DNA of 64,000 bases from Candidatus Cloacimonadales bacterium (GCA_963663475.2 CAXXJV010000001.1:1952001-2016000); one strand, 5' to 3'. Shown: positions 30,124 to 41,815, numbered from the stretch's first letter. Numbers and translations: made by a program. The notes: generated from the sequence alone by a model not told the origin.

Positions 30124-33100
30124 TCAGTCAATATTGTATTTAGCTTTAAGTTCTTTCCACGTTAGAGATTTGTTTATTGAAGATTGATTACGCATTCTTG
30201 TAGAATATTGACCTTCATAATCTCTTATAGCGATAACACTATAAAACATTTGATCTGCAAACCAGGTAACGCCAGAATGACTATAAGTCAATTGATCTGT
30301 AATAGCTAAATGGAGGAATTCATCTGGACTTGCAGAAGGATCATCACTATAATTAATAACATAAAAATCAGGTGTAACAGGAATACCATGTTCTGTTTCT
30401 ATAACAGGATCCCAGCTTATGGTTGCATTCCCATTGCTCATTAAAAAATTAACATTTTGAGGATTAGGAATTTGGTCATACTCACCAGATCCCTGTAAAA
30501 ATACTTCTAACAAAGGTTGGTTAGAAGAGTTGTTATCTATAAGAAGACTACTTGCGTAGTTTATATTGCTCTCTGGAGAAAAAGTTACTAGTATGGTAGC
30601 TTGTTCATTGGGTTGGAGTGGGTTATCAATATTATAGCTAAAGTCGAAAACATCAGGGAATTCTGGAGAAATGTAAATATCATTAATAACCAAATCAATA
30701 GTTCCAATATTTTTTATTATTATACTTTGAGTTGAACTCAAGCCATAAAAAATCGATCCATAATCTTGAATTGTAGGAGACAATAATGAGATTTCAACAA
30801 TTTCAACAAACCAAGGGTCGAAAAGAACTTCTCCAGAAGAAGAGCTTTCGTTATCATCAAAAATGTGCTGATCTATGGCGTTAACGTTTTCGTATCCCCA
30901 AGTATTATAATAAGCATTGATATTATTTGAGGATGTATTATAAAATTGATATTCATTAGAGTCATTATTTATAATAGTATTGAGCCCAGGACTTGAAGAG
31001 CTAGATCCGAAATCTGGATTACCTCCATAAACAAAAACTCCATAAGAAAGGTTATTCTCGATTATACTATTATATACAGAGATGTCACTATTTGTATAAA
31101 TACCATAACTTGAGCTTAGTTCACTTACACTATTGTGGAAGTGTCCTCCTTGAGTATTGCGATGATAAAGGTTCCCATTACCGCTTCTACCACCATATCG
31201 AAGGATACAAAAATCAAATTCCCCTATAGAAGGACTATCATTATAGCTATAGCATTCTATTCCTTTCCAATCTCCTGCTTGAGGACTACCTGTAGAAATT
31301 CCATATACTTGACCTATGCTATCATCATTAACTGATGTAAAATAAACAGGACTAGCTTCTGTACCATTAACGTCAATTCTTCCCTGTACAGATATTTTTC
31401 CAGAGGCAGTTGCTTTTATGACATTGTTTTGAGGAATGATTAAAGTAGATGTAGCATCAACTGTTAATGTTCCGGTAAGAACTAGTGGAAAACCTATTTC
31501 ATTTAATCCAAGTGTAATATTTTCTTCAACATAACCATTAATACCAAAAGCATTTACCAGATTTCCTGATCCTGAATTACCTGAGTAATTGCTTACTTCA
31601 GTATTAAAAAGATAAGCTGCATATCCATTATTATCAGTAATGTTACAGTTATCTATATCAATAGAACCATTTCCATAAATGCCAGAATCTTCATTGTTAG
31701 TAAAGCTACTATTAAAAACAGTAAGATTGCTACTATAGCTTTCTAAACCATAGCTTGAACTAAACTCACTAGAACTATTATTAAAGTAACCAGAATCAGC
31801 ATCGTTATAATAAAGATTTCCATTACCAAAACGACCACCATATCTAAGTGAGCAAAAATCAAATTCCCCTATAGAAGGACTATCATTATAGCTATAGCAT
31901 TCTATTCCTTTCCAATCTCCTGCTTGAGGATTACCTGAAGATATTCCATATACTTGACCTATGCTATCATCATTAACTGATGTAAAATAAACAGGACTAG
32001 CTTCTGTACCATTAACGTCAATTCTTCCCTGTACAGATATTTTTCCAGAGGCAGTTGCTTTTATGACATTGTTTTGAGGAATGGTCAAAGTAGATGTAGC
32101 ATCAACTGTTAATGTTCCAGTAAGAATTAGAGGAAAACCAATTTCGTCCTCTCCTAAAGTTATGTCTTCATTAATATTACCATTTATTCCAAAGGCATTA
32201 ATTAGGTTTCCAGAACCTGAATTGTCTGAGTAGCTGTTTACCTCAGTATTAAAAAGATAAGCTGCATATCCATTATTATCAGTAATGTTACAGTTATCGA
32301 TATCAATAGGACCATTTCCATAAATGCCAGAATCTTCATTGTTAGTAAAGCTACTATTAGAAACAGTAAGATTGCTACTAAAGCTTTCTAAACCATAGCT
32401 TGAACTAAACTCACTAGAACTATTATTAAAGTAACCAGAATCAGAGTCGCGATAATAAATATTTCCATTACCAAAACGACCACCATATCTAAGTGAACAA
32501 TAATCAAATTCCCCTATAGAAGGACTATCATTATAGCTATAGCATTCTATTCCCTTCCAGTCTCCTGCTTGAGGATTACCTGTAGAAATTCCATATACTT
32601 GACCTATGCTATCATCATTAATTGAAGTAAAATAAACAGGATTAGCTTCTGTACCATTAACATCAATTGTTCCACGGACAGATATTTTTCCAGAGGCAGT
32701 TGCTTTTATGACATTGTTTTGAGGAATGGTCAAAGTAGATGTAGCATCAACTGTTAATGTTCCAGTAAGAATTAGAGGAAAACCAATTTCGTCCTCTCCT
32801 AAAGTTATGTCTTCATTAATATTACCATTAATACCAAAAGCATTTACCAGATTTCCTGATCCTGAATTACCTGAGTAGCTGTTTACCTCAGTATTAAAAA
32901 GATAGGCAGCATAACCATTATTATTATTAAATATACAGTTATCGATATCAATACTACCCTGAGCATAAATGCCAGAATCTTCATTGTTAGTAAAACTACT
33001 ATTAAAAACAGTAAGATTACTGCTTTGGCTTTTTATACCATAGCTTGAACCAAACTCACTGGAACTATTATTAAAATAGCCTAAATCAGAATCGCTATAA

Positions 33101-33537
33101 TAAAGATTTCCGTTACCAAAACGACCACCATATCTAAGTGAACAATAATCAAATTCCCCTATAGAAGGACTATCATTATAGCTATAACATTCTACTCCTT
33201 TCCAATCTCCTGCTTGAGGATTACCTGTCGAAAGACTAATCGTTTCTCCTACTGAGTTGTCATTAACTGAAGTAAAATATACATGACCTGTTTCTGTGCC
33301 ATTAACATCAATTCTCCCAAATACCCTAATGCTACCAGATGGTGCAAATTTTAGAACAACATTCGCATTTACTGTTAATACTCCAGTATCTGAAACAGTA
33401 CAAACATCATTCACATAATAAGTACCTTCAGAAAGAACCATGTCAGAAAGATCACCTGTCAATATAGAATAACCTGTTACTAAAACAGGAAAAAGTACCA
33501 GTAGTAAAGAAAGAAAGAAAAGTTTGAATATTTTCAT
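30124..33537 (-). CDS. Secreted right-handed beta-helix repeat protein with Ig-like domain
   Basis: Signal peptide and four repeats with a 645-bp (215-aa) period (PQAGDWKG.ECYSYNDSPSIGEFD), followed by an Ig-like domain (IIIKNIGTIDLVI). It has no NYPNPFNP domain. Confidence 0.85.
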   Translation of the reverse strand: MKIFKLFFLSLLLVLFPVLVTGYSILTGDLSDMVLSEGTYYVNDVCTVSDTGVLTVNANVVLKFAPSGSIRVFGRIDVNGTETGHVYFTSVNDNSVGETISLSTGNPQAGDWKGVECYSYNDSPSIGEFDYCSLRYGGRFGNGNLYYSDSDLGYFNNSSSEFGSSYGIKSQSSNLTVFNSSFTNNEDSGIYAQGSIDIDNCIFNNNNGYAAYLFNTEVNSYSGNSGSGNLVNAFGINGNINEDITLGEDEIGFPLILTGTLTVDATSTLTIPQNNVIKATASGKISVRGTIDVNGTEANPVYFTSINDDSIGQVYGISTGNPQAGDWKGIECYSYNDSPSIGEFDYCSLRYGGRFGNGNIYYRDSDSGYFNNSSSEFSSSYGLESFSSNLTVSNSSFTNNEDSGIYGNGPIDIDNCNITDNNGYAAYLFNTEVNSYSDNSGSGNLINAFGINGNINEDITLGEDEIGFPLILTGTLTVDATSTLTIPQNNVIKATASGKISVQGRIDVNGTEASPVYFTSVNDDSIGQVYGISSGNPQAGDWKGIECYSYNDSPSIGEFDFCSLRYGGRFGNGNLYYNDADSGYFNNSSSEFSSSYGLESYSSNLTVFNSSFTNNEDSGIYGNGSIDIDNCNITDNNGYAAYLFNTEVSNYSGNSGSGNLVNAFGINGYVEENITLGLNEIGFPLVLTGTLTVDATSTLIIPQNNVIKATASGKISVQGRIDVNGTEASPVYFTSVNDDSIGQVYGISTGSPQAGDWKGIECYSYNDSPSIGEFDFCILRYGGRSGNGNLYHRNTQGGHFHNSVSELSSSYGIYTNSDISVYNSIIENNLSYGVFVYGGNPDFGSSSSSPGLNTIINNDSNEYQFYNTSSNNINAYYNTWGYENVNAIDQHIFDDNESSSSGEVLFDPWFVEIVEISLLSPTIQDYGSIFYGLSSTQSIIIKNIGTIDLVINDIYISPEFPDVFDFSYNIDNPLQPNEQATILVTFSPESNINYASSLLIDNNSSNQPLLEVFLQGSGEYDQIPNPQNVNFLMSNGNATISWDPVIETEHGIPVTPDFYVINYSDDPSASPDEFLHLAITDQLTYSHSGVTWFADQMFYSVIAIRDYEGQYSTRMRNQSSINKSLTWKELKAKYNID

Positions 33538-33942
33538 GTTTTTAATCCTTTTATTATCGATTATAGATTTAAAATTCTGTGATTATAACTAATGTGCAAT
33601 TTATAAGATTTTAAGAAATCTATGTCTTTTGAGTCTGTTTATAGATAAACATAACTCTTAATTTAAAAAAATGAAGTTGTTTTATTTTAGTCAATCATTT
33701 TTTTGAAAAAGCATTATGAAGAGATGATGACTTGTTAAAATAACAAGCTATTTCTTCCAGCTATTTATTCTTAAAGAACTTAATAATTTTTTGAACATCA
33801 AGAGGTTTATATTTTGTTCATCAACAATTAGAAATATAACAAACAAGTTGAAATAGATAAAAAGAATATACAAGCAAAAAAACTTGACTAATTTTTAATA
33901 AACACATATTTTTAAATATGAAAGATTTAAAAGGAGAGAAAT

Positions 33943-36900
33943 ATGAGAATTAAAAGCACATTTGTTATTTTTTTTGTTATAGTATTATCTTTTAATACAC
34001 TACTGTTAGCACAAGCTTCGACTCCACCATCAAATTATACTACAAGTGATGGTTCTGAGGAATCTCCCTACTTCATCTCTTCATTAGAAAATCTTATTTG
34101 GCTTTCTCAAACTTCTAGTGATTGGGATAAGAATTTTATCCAAACCACTAACCTTAGCTTTAATGAAGACGAAACCCTAGTTGATTGGGATGGTGATGGA
34201 ACTATTGGTGATGCTGATGATGCTCAAGGTTTCTCTTCCATTGGAAACATATCAGTTTATTTTACAGGCTCATATAATGGTAACGGACATACAATAAGTA
34301 ACTTATACATTTCAGACTTGAGTAATTATCAAGGAATGTTTGGAGTCTTATCCACTGCTAATGTTGAAAAACTAGGTCTGATAAATGTTCATATTGACCT
34401 TGCCCAGCATGCAGAAGATTTACAATATGCAGGTGGACTTGTAGGCCTACTATATCAATCAGCAGTTATTCAATGCTATGTCTCTGGTCAGATAAATGCA
34501 GGCTTCTATGATTTTGTAGGAGGAATAGTAGGTAAATCAGATTATTATTCTATAATCGCAAATTCTTACAATCTTGCCAGTATTTATGGCTATGCGAGTG
34601 TGGGAGGTATCTGTGGTGGTAACTGTTCTAGTTCTACTATAATTAAATGTTACAACAATGGATATACCCTTGGTAGGACTAGCAACTATGTTAATGCGCT
34701 GGCTGGGAATCTCCTAGCGAGTGGTCAGATAACCGATTCTTATTGGAACACTGATACTACAGGACAGACAACACAGCCTGTAGGTGGTCAAGGGAAAACT
34801 AGTCTAGAAATGCAATTGCAGGGTAATTATGCTAATTGGGATTTTATGGAAGAAAGTAGCAATGGGACAGACAATACTTGGGGAATTAGTCCTATTGAAA
34901 ACGGTGGATTCCCTTTCTTAACATGGCAGGCTTATGAGCATTATGCCATAGCACCAACTGGAAGTGGAACTGAAGCAAATCCATATCAAATATCCACTCT
35001 AGCTAATTTGTACTGGTTATCTCAAAATTCTCAAGAATGGAACAAGTATTATGTGCAGAACAATGATATTAATGTAGCATTAGCAGCAAGCTGGTATGAT
35101 AATGCTGGTTTTTTCCCTATAGGAAACGAAAATACATGCTTTGCTGGTCATTATGAAGGCAACAATCATACAATTAGTAATTTGACTATCGCCAGAAATG
35201 AGCAAAACTATATAGGTCTATTTGGTACTACAGATGGAGCTACTATTGAAAATCTAAGCATGACTCATGTAAATATTATCGGCAATGCTTATATTGGTGC
35301 TTTAGCAGGTAAAATAACTTCAACACTAGTGAAAGGCTGTCATAGTAATGGAATCCTCCAAGGAGCATCTATTGGTGGATTGATAGGCTATAATGCCTCT
35401 TCTTCAGAAATTAGCCACTGTTATAATGAAGCCACTCTAGATGGCCATGGTACTGTTGGAGGCTTGGTAGGTCTAAACGAAGGACTTGTGCAATTTTGCT
35501 ACAATATAGGAAATGTTACAGGAACATCACAATATATTGGAGGTCTCATCGGAATTAGCAATTATATAACTAAATATTGCTATAATACAGGCCAAGTTAA
35601 TGGATATGAAAATGTCGGTGGTCTTATTGGCTATGGTTTCGCGAATAATTGTTACAATATTGGACAAGTGTCTGGTCATGACTATGTTGGGGGACTCCTT
35701 GGATATGGTAGTGCTTCTTACTGCTACAATGCAGGACAAGTAAATTGTACAACTGCTTATGCCCATAAAGGTGGCTTAACAGGGCATAGTACTAGTTCTA
35801 CAACTGCATGCTATTACGACAAAAACACATCAGGTCAAAGTTCTGATGGAGGCTCTAGTACTGGACTAACAACTATGGAAATGCAAATGGAATATCAGTA
35901 TAGAGGGGATTATTCCTATCAAAGTGATTGGGATTTTATGGGTGAAAGCGAAAATGGGACACTTGATATATGGGGGATAAGTCCTCTTGTGAATGATGGT
36001 TATCCATTTCTATCTTGGCAGGGATTTCAACACTATGGCACCCAACCAGAAGGTTCTGGTACAGAAGCTATTCCATACATAGTGGACGAACTTGCTGATC
36101 TATATTGGATATCACAAAAAACTGAACGTTGGGCTAATCATTACATTCAATCTTGTGATATTAATGCTTCAGCAACCTATTTCTGGTGCGGAGGAAGTGG
36201 TTTCCTACCTTTTGGAGCAGGAGATGCTAATGATGAGTTTTCAGGATCTTATGATGGTCAAGGACATGAAATTAGTAGCCTATGGATAAACAGGGAACAC
36301 GAATATGAAGTCGGCTTTATTGGAAAATCTGATGCTATTGGTAATGTAGTAGAAAATCTTGGCTTACCTGATGCTTTTATCAAAGGCAAAAAATATGTAG
36401 GTGGTTTTATTGGCTACAGCAATGATGGTGATATTTCTCAATCTTATATTAGTGGAACACTTATTGGTATAGATGATTATGTAGGAGGAATAGTAGGATA
36501 TAATCATGGTTCAAACCTTAATAACTGCTATAACCACAGCAATGTTAGTGGTAATAATTATGTTGGTGGTTTGTCTGGGGACTTATCTAAATATATCAAT
36601 AAATGCTATTCCCAAGGGTTGGTTTCTGGAAATGAAAACACTGGTGGCTTGGTTGGTTATTGTTATTTAAGTAACTCTGTGAATGACTCATTTTGGGACA
36701 TTGAAACATCAGGACAGTTTTCTAGTGAATGGGGTATAGGTAAAACAACAGCAGAAATGACAAGTCAAAGTACCTATGGCGATGCTGGTTGGGACTTTAC
36801 CTCTTCAATCTGGCAAATTGACCAATCAGAGAATGATGGTTATCCCTATTTGACATGGCAATTAAACGAGGAACCACCACCTCTAGGGCTTGAACCAACA

Positions 36901-38976
36901 GGTAATCCAAGACAAGTTTCGACTTTAGATCACTTGTTATGGATTTGCAACAATAATTCTTCATGGGGCGACAGCTTTATACTGACTGCAGATATAGATG
37001 CCAGTCCTACTTCTAGTTGGAATAATGGAGCAGGATTTTCTCCTATTGGCACAAGTTCTACTGCTTTCTCAGGTACTTTTAATGGAGATAATTTTGTAAT
37101 ATCTAATTTAGTTATTAATCGTCCCAATCAAGACTATCTAGGTCTCTTTGGATACCTTAGTAATGGAACACTAAACAATATAAGCTTAGAAAATATAGAC
37201 ATTACTGGAAATCAGCAAATTGGAGGCCTGGTAGGATATTTAGCTGGTACTAGCAATATCTCTTCATGCCATGTTACTGGTTCTGTTTCTGCAGTATATA
37301 GACTTGGCGGTGTAATTGGTTATGATTACATGTCGGGAAATGGAATCATTGAAGAATCGTCATTTAATGGAGCATTAGTGGCAAGTGGTGGCAATAGCGG
37401 AGTTGGTGGTTTTATCGGTGAGAAATCTGGTAATAGTATAATTCAGAAGTGTAGTGCAGAGGGTACTATTACTGCTGCAGGTAGAAATTGCGGTGGTTTT
37501 GTAGGTTGGCTTGATGAAGGCCAAGTGAATGAATCTTATTCTAATGTAAATATTACTAATAATACTTCATCAAATGGACGTATAGGTGGATTTGCTGGAG
37601 CTTTATCTTACTATAGTGGTAGAGCTGGTGAAATAAACAATTGCTATTCTAAAGGAAGTGTTAATGTTCCTAATTCTACAAATACTTCTAGTTATGGTAT
37701 AGGTGCTTTTGTAGGAGCATATTATGCTAATGGTGATAACAAAGTTTATAATTCTTATGCAAGTGGTTTAGTTAACGCTCCTAATGCAGCAAGCTATGTT
37801 GGTGGCTTTAGTGGTGAAGACCATAGTGGCTCAATATGTGGAAGTGGTAATTTCTGGGATCAAGAAACTACTAATATGGATTGGAGTGGTTGTGAAGGTT
37901 TGGGTGAGATAGGTAAAACCACACCTGATATGAAGATACAAAATACTTTTTTAAATGCTGATTGGAATTTTACTCATATCTGGAAAATTGATGGTCTTAA
38001 TAATGAGGGATATCCATACTTGCAATGGCAGAATTATTTTGATTTCCCAGCAGGTGAAACTACAGATTTAGGGGGAGGAGTTTCCATAATCGCAACAGTT
38101 GATTTGAACTTAGCAGATGACCAAACAATTCCAGAAAGTCCTAATGGTCATTTTACACCTGAAAGAGAATTTGTTCTCACTGGAAATGGAATCGGGAATA
38201 TTTCATTTAATACAAGCTATCATTATGGTGCATACTATCGAAATGGGAATTGGTATATAGAAGAGAATAGCGGAGGCATTATAGAATTTGTAAGTATAGA
38301 TTTTGATGCTAAAGGAGACCTACCATTTGCTTTCGGTGATGAAAGCTCGCTTCCTGTAAATCTTTCATCATTTACTGCTATTTACTCAAACTCCACCTTG
38401 ACTATTAATTGGGTTACTCAAAGTGAAAGTAATAATTTGGGTTGGAAAATTTATCGTAGCCAAAGCAATGATGTTAATGAAGCATTTTTACTAAACTATG
38501 ACTTAATTGAAGGAGCTGCTACTACAACCGAAACAACAGAATATGCCTTTGTAGATCCTTATCCTGTTGATCTTGCCAGTGATTATTGGTTTTGGTTGGA
38601 AAGTATAAACTTTAATGGTGAAAGTGAATTCCATGGTCCAGCTCAATTAACAATTACACCTGACAATAATCAAGAAGATACTCCAGAAATTCCTAAAATC
38701 TATGGACTATGTCAAAATTATCCTAATCCCTTTAATCCATCAACAACAATTAGTTTGACTCTCAGGGAAACAGATAATTGTGAATTATCAATTTATAATA
38801 TTAAGGGTAGAAAAGTAAAAACCCTCTTCCACGGAAAAGTTCAAGCTGATAAAATCTATAATTTCACTTGGGACGGAACTGATAATCAGGGGAAAAATGT
38901 AGCTTCAGGCATCTACCTTTATAAAATGCAAACTGGGAAAAATATTCAAACTAAAAAGATGATAATTCAAAAATAA
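33943..38976 (+). CDS. Large GLUG-repeat surface protein with C-terminal sorting domain
   Basis: Signal peptide, four modules (PY.I..L..L.W.SQ...F.G.YDG.GH.ISNL) with many VGGLVG repeats, an LPVNLSSFTA Ig domain and an NYPNPFNP domain. Confidence 0.88.
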   Translation: MRIKSTFVIFFVIVLSFNTLLLAQASTPPSNYTTSDGSEESPYFISSLENLIWLSQTSSDWDKNFIQTTNLSFNEDETLVDWDGDGTIGDADDAQGFSSIGNISVYFTGSYNGNGHTISNLYISDLSNYQGMFGVLSTANVEKLGLINVHIDLAQHAEDLQYAGGLVGLLYQSAVIQCYVSGQINAGFYDFVGGIVGKSDYYSIIANSYNLASIYGYASVGGICGGNCSSSTIIKCYNNGYTLGRTSNYVNALAGNLLASGQITDSYWNTDTTGQTTQPVGGQGKTSLEMQLQGNYANWDFMEESSNGTDNTWGISPIENGGFPFLTWQAYEHYAIAPTGSGTEANPYQISTLANLYWLSQNSQEWNKYYVQNNDINVALAASWYDNAGFFPIGNENTCFAGHYEGNNHTISNLTIARNEQNYIGLFGTTDGATIENLSMTHVNIIGNAYIGALAGKITSTLVKGCHSNGILQGASIGGLIGYNASSSEISHCYNEATLDGHGTVGGLVGLNEGLVQFCYNIGNVTGTSQYIGGLIGISNYITKYCYNTGQVNGYENVGGLIGYGFANNCYNIGQVSGHDYVGGLLGYGSASYCYNAGQVNCTTAYAHKGGLTGHSTSSTTACYYDKNTSGQSSDGGSSTGLTTMEMQMEYQYRGDYSYQSDWDFMGESENGTLDIWGISPLVNDGYPFLSWQGFQHYGTQPEGSGTEAIPYIVDELADLYWISQKTERWANHYIQSCDINASATYFWCGGSGFLPFGAGDANDEFSGSYDGQGHEISSLWINREHEYEVGFIGKSDAIGNVVENLGLPDAFIKGKKYVGGFIGYSNDGDISQSYISGTLIGIDDYVGGIVGYNHGSNLNNCYNHSNVSGNNYVGGLSGDLSKYINKCYSQGLVSGNENTGGLVGYCYLSNSVNDSFWDIETSGQFSSEWGIGKTTAEMTSQSTYGDAGWDFTSSIWQIDQSENDGYPYLTWQLNEEPPPLGLEPTGNPRQVSTLDHLLWICNNNSSWGDSFILTADIDASPTSSWNNGAGFSPIGTSSTAFSGTFNGDNFVISNLVINRPNQDYLGLFGYLSNGTLNNISLENIDITGNQQIGGLVGYLAGTSNISSCHVTGSVSAVYRLGGVIGYDYMSGNGIIEESSFNGALVASGGNSGVGGFIGEKSGNSIIQKCSAEGTITAAGRNCGGFVGWLDEGQVNESYSNVNITNNTSSNGRIGGFAGALSYYSGRAGEINNCYSKGSVNVPNSTNTSSYGIGAFVGAYYANGDNKVYNSYASGLVNAPNAASYVGGFSGEDHSGSICGSGNFWDQETTNMDWSGCEGLGEIGKTTPDMKIQNTFLNADWNFTHIWKIDGLNNEGYPYLQWQNYFDFPAGETTDLGGGVSIIATVDLNLADDQTIPESPNGHFTPEREFVLTGNGIGNISFNTSYHYGAYYRNGNWYIEENSGGIIEFVSIDFDAKGDLPFAFGDESSLPVNLSSFTAIYSNSTLTINWVTQSESNNLGWKIYRSQSNDVNEAFLLNYDLIEGAATTTETTEYAFVDPYPVDLASDYWFWLESINFNGESEFHGPAQLTITPDNNQEDTPEIPKIYGLCQNYPNPFNPSTTISLTLRETDNCELSIYNIKGRKVKTLFHGKVQADKIYNFTWDGTDNQGKNVASGIYLYKMQTGKNIQTKKMIIQK

Positions 38977-39061
38977 CTTATTGGTAAGAAAAGAAGTAAC
39001 TAGCTGATAGGGATAAGAAATAAGTAATAGAATTATAATAGATTATGATTAAGAGCATTAA

Positions 39062-39142
39062 ACCCAATAATGCAATAGATCTTTGAGAATAGCAGAATAT
39101 TCTTTTGCACTCTTCTCTAAAGCTCTATTGCACCATTTGGGT
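39062..39142. mobile_element. Short MITE (IS982-like ends)
   Basis: acccaataatgcaataga...tctattgcaccatttgggt inverted ends in a TTAA/TAA context. Confidence 0.7.
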
Positions 39143-39256
39143 TAAAAGCTAAACATTTTTTTTCTTGAAATATTATTATGATAATTATTCAATAAAATAA
39201 TTGACAAATTTATAATATTAATTAAAGATTGTAATAATTTCAAATTGGAGATAATT

Positions 39257-39958
39257 ATGAATAGAATTGTTTTGTTACTAATCACCCTAAACGTTTTTAT
39301 TTTAAGTAGTTGTAATTCAGACTCTACAAAGCCTGAGGGCCCTGCATTAATATCAGGCATAGCTAAGAATGCTAATAACGAGATTGTTGAAGGAGCTAAA
39401 ATTGTTTTTGGCTATAGTCTTGAAGAAGTAACACGGCCCATGACAACATTGAGATTAGACTTACCTGAAGCTAGTAATGTTAAAATTTGGATTACTAGAT
39501 ATGCTCAGACTGATACTATAAGAGTACTTTTGGACGAAATTATGGACCAAGGATCTCATTCAGTAGTTTGGGATGGTAAAAATGATATGGGTTTACATGT
39601 TTATAGTTATTCTTATAATTTCCATTTAAAAACAGATGCAGAAGAAAGAGTTATTAAATTTGTTTACTTTGCTGATTATTCTAATGTAACAGGCTCTAAT
39701 GTCCAAAATTTTGAAGCTTGTACAACAACTAATAGCGCTGGAGAATATTCTTTTCCACTTGAAAATCTCTTAATGTTTAAAGATTCAGCCCCAATGGACT
39801 ATACTGATGAAAATGGTAATGTAACTGAAGACGGCTTGCAGTTTTCTCAGTATCTTAAGGTATGGGCTCTTCATCCTGATCATGAAGCAACTTTTGTAGA
39901 TTCAATTTTTGTTAGAGAAGATAAGAGTCTCAAAGTAAATCTTGACTTCGCAGATTAG
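39257..39958 (+). CDS. Lipoprotein with FlgD-like Ig domain
   Basis: GGAG RBS, lipobox LSSC, and IRVLLDE.MDQGSHSVVWDGKND. Confidence 0.75.
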   Translation: MNRIVLLLITLNVFILSSCNSDSTKPEGPALISGIAKNANNEIVEGAKIVFGYSLEEVTRPMTTLRLDLPEASNVKIWITRYAQTDTIRVLLDEIMDQGSHSVVWDGKNDMGLHVYSYSYNFHLKTDAEERVIKFVYFADYSNVTGSNVQNFEACTTTNSAGEYSFPLENLLMFKDSAPMDYTDENGNVTEDGLQFSQYLKVWALHPDHEATFVDSIFVREDKSLKVNLDFAD

Positions 39959-40011
39959 ATTGTAAGCATAATAATTTATAACTTTATTATATATTATTTA
40001 AGGCTACTTAA

Positions 40012-40174
40012 ACCCAAATGGTGCAATAGATCTTTGAGAATAGCAGAATATTCTTTTGCAAAAGTAACTTCCATTATTTCTCCGAATATATAAAATATAT
40101 GCGTCATAATTCTGTAAGCTATTTTGCTAAATGAAGTTGCACTCTTCTCTAAAGCTCTATTGCTCCATTTGGGT
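40012..40174. mobile_element. MITE (IS982-like ends) overlapping the 3' end of the peptidase gene
   Basis: acccaaatggtgcaataga...tctattgctccatttgggt; a longer version of 39062-39142. Confidence 0.72.
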
Positions 40175-41557
40175 TAAAGATAGGACATCCTGATTTAAGT
40201 AAAATATATAATATCCATTTTCAAAAGGAATTGCTTCATCAGAAAGAGTAAAATTAAGAGACCAGCTAGAGATGATTTCAGCAAGTAGATTATCCTCTAG
40301 CTTAATCTCCTCTGAGGAACAGGTGAGTGAATAGCGTCCATTTTCACTTTCAATAAATACCTTATTCTGGAAATCAAAGACTACACTTGATTTTGTTTTA
40401 AATTTCAGTCTTTCATTTGATAGTGAAACTTGAAGGTTTTCGCTAGTGTAGATAGGTTTAAAATCTGTTTCATCCACATGAAAAAATATACTTCTAAAGC
40501 TATTATTTTCAACATATTCATCAATAATATCTTTAGTTAACCACCCTAATTCAGTAATTTCAGAGAAGTTCCCACTAGAATTACTATACTTTTTGTAAAG
40601 AGCAAGATATTCTTCTGGGCTATAATGATCAAGCATTACTCTCGTAAGAAGTCCAGCTACAGGATAGCTTATTGATGGGTGTTCTGCCCGAAACTTCTCT
40701 ACATCATAAAAATCTGAATAATTTACCATTCCAGTATCTAATAAGAATTTTCCTGCTAACATAAGACCTTCTCTTGATTGTCCACCTCGACCACCAATAG
40801 CCACTGCTAATCCTTCTTGCAGGAATGTATGGGTGAAAAGTTGGTTACTCTGAAGATAGTAATTAATTAAAAAGTGGGTAACTTCATGAAAGTGAGCTGG
40901 ATATGTAGAAACTATATAATCTTGATTTAAAAGAAAAATGCCTCTAGTTTTATAAGAAGTAAGCACTTCTATGCTTTCTAAATCTGGACAATAAAAATAA
41001 TCTAATTTCCTTATTCTGAGTGAATCTAAGTCGTGTTTCTGTTGCGGAAAATAAGAAAAGAAGGATTCTATTCTCTTATCTAAAATCTGCATTGCTGCCT
41101 GAGGAAGAGGATATGCAGCAGGATAATGATAGGTAAGATATTCTGAATCATTTTCTTGCCAAGCTCGTGTATGGTAATCTACTCGACTTATAACTTCATT
41201 ATCTGAGATGTAGAACTCGAATCCAATTTGGCCATTAACTTCAGTATAATTATGAAAATATGAGTCTTCAACTCGAATCAAAGGGTGACTTACTTTTAGT
41301 TGAGTATTCTCTTGTGAATAGGCTTTTAAAGCCATGTTCCCAATAAGAAACTTTTCATAGGGTATATTATAAGAGATATTATGCTTATTATAAGTATTTA
41401 CTGTGCTTGACCCTAAATAATTATTAATTTTGTGGTGGTCTACCCATACTTGAGCAGAAATATTAACAGGCTCATTAACTATCCCTACAAGCTTTGTAGC
41501 TATATTAGATACAAGCAGGATCAAGATAATTATTATCATATTAGGACCTTTAAGCAT
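40157..41557 (-). CDS. Secreted gluzincin-type metallopeptidase
   Basis: Hydrophobic N-terminus; HEVTH followed by FLQEGLA (HExxH plus downstream E). Confidence 0.7.
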   Translation of the reverse strand: MLKGPNMIIIILILLVSNIATKLVGIVNEPVNISAQVWVDHHKINNYLGSSTVNTYNKHNISYNIPYEKFLIGNMALKAYSQENTQLKVSHPLIRVEDSYFHNYTEVNGQIGFEFYISDNEVISRVDYHTRAWQENDSEYLTYHYPAAYPLPQAAMQILDKRIESFFSYFPQQKHDLDSLRIRKLDYFYCPDLESIEVLTSYKTRGIFLLNQDYIVSTYPAHFHEVTHFLINYYLQSNQLFTHTFLQEGLAVAIGGRGGQSREGLMLAGKFLLDTGMVNYSDFYDVEKFRAEHPSISYPVAGLLTRVMLDHYSPEEYLALYKKYSNSSGNFSEITELGWLTKDIIDEYVENNSFRSIFFHVDETDFKPIYTSENLQVSLSNERLKFKTKSSVVFDFQNKVFIESENGRYSLTCSSEEIKLEDNLLAEIISSWSLNFTLSDEAIPFENGYYIFYLNQDVLSLTQMEQ

Positions 41558-41815
41558 ACTTTCTCCTTAAATTGCAAAGTTTCCATTCCTAGATATTCAT
41601 AACAACACTAATTACTTTGAAGAGTTTTTTCCTTAGACAGGTAGTCAATTTAGATTTATTACTACTAAAGTATGACTAGTAAGAATTGTCAAGTAGTTAA
41701 GAACTTAAATCAAAATAATTATCCATAGCTTCAACTAGCTCCCTTTATCACATGGAAAATTATTTAGATTTTTGTTTGGGATGATTTGGGATTATTATTC
41801 CCCTTAGCATTCATG

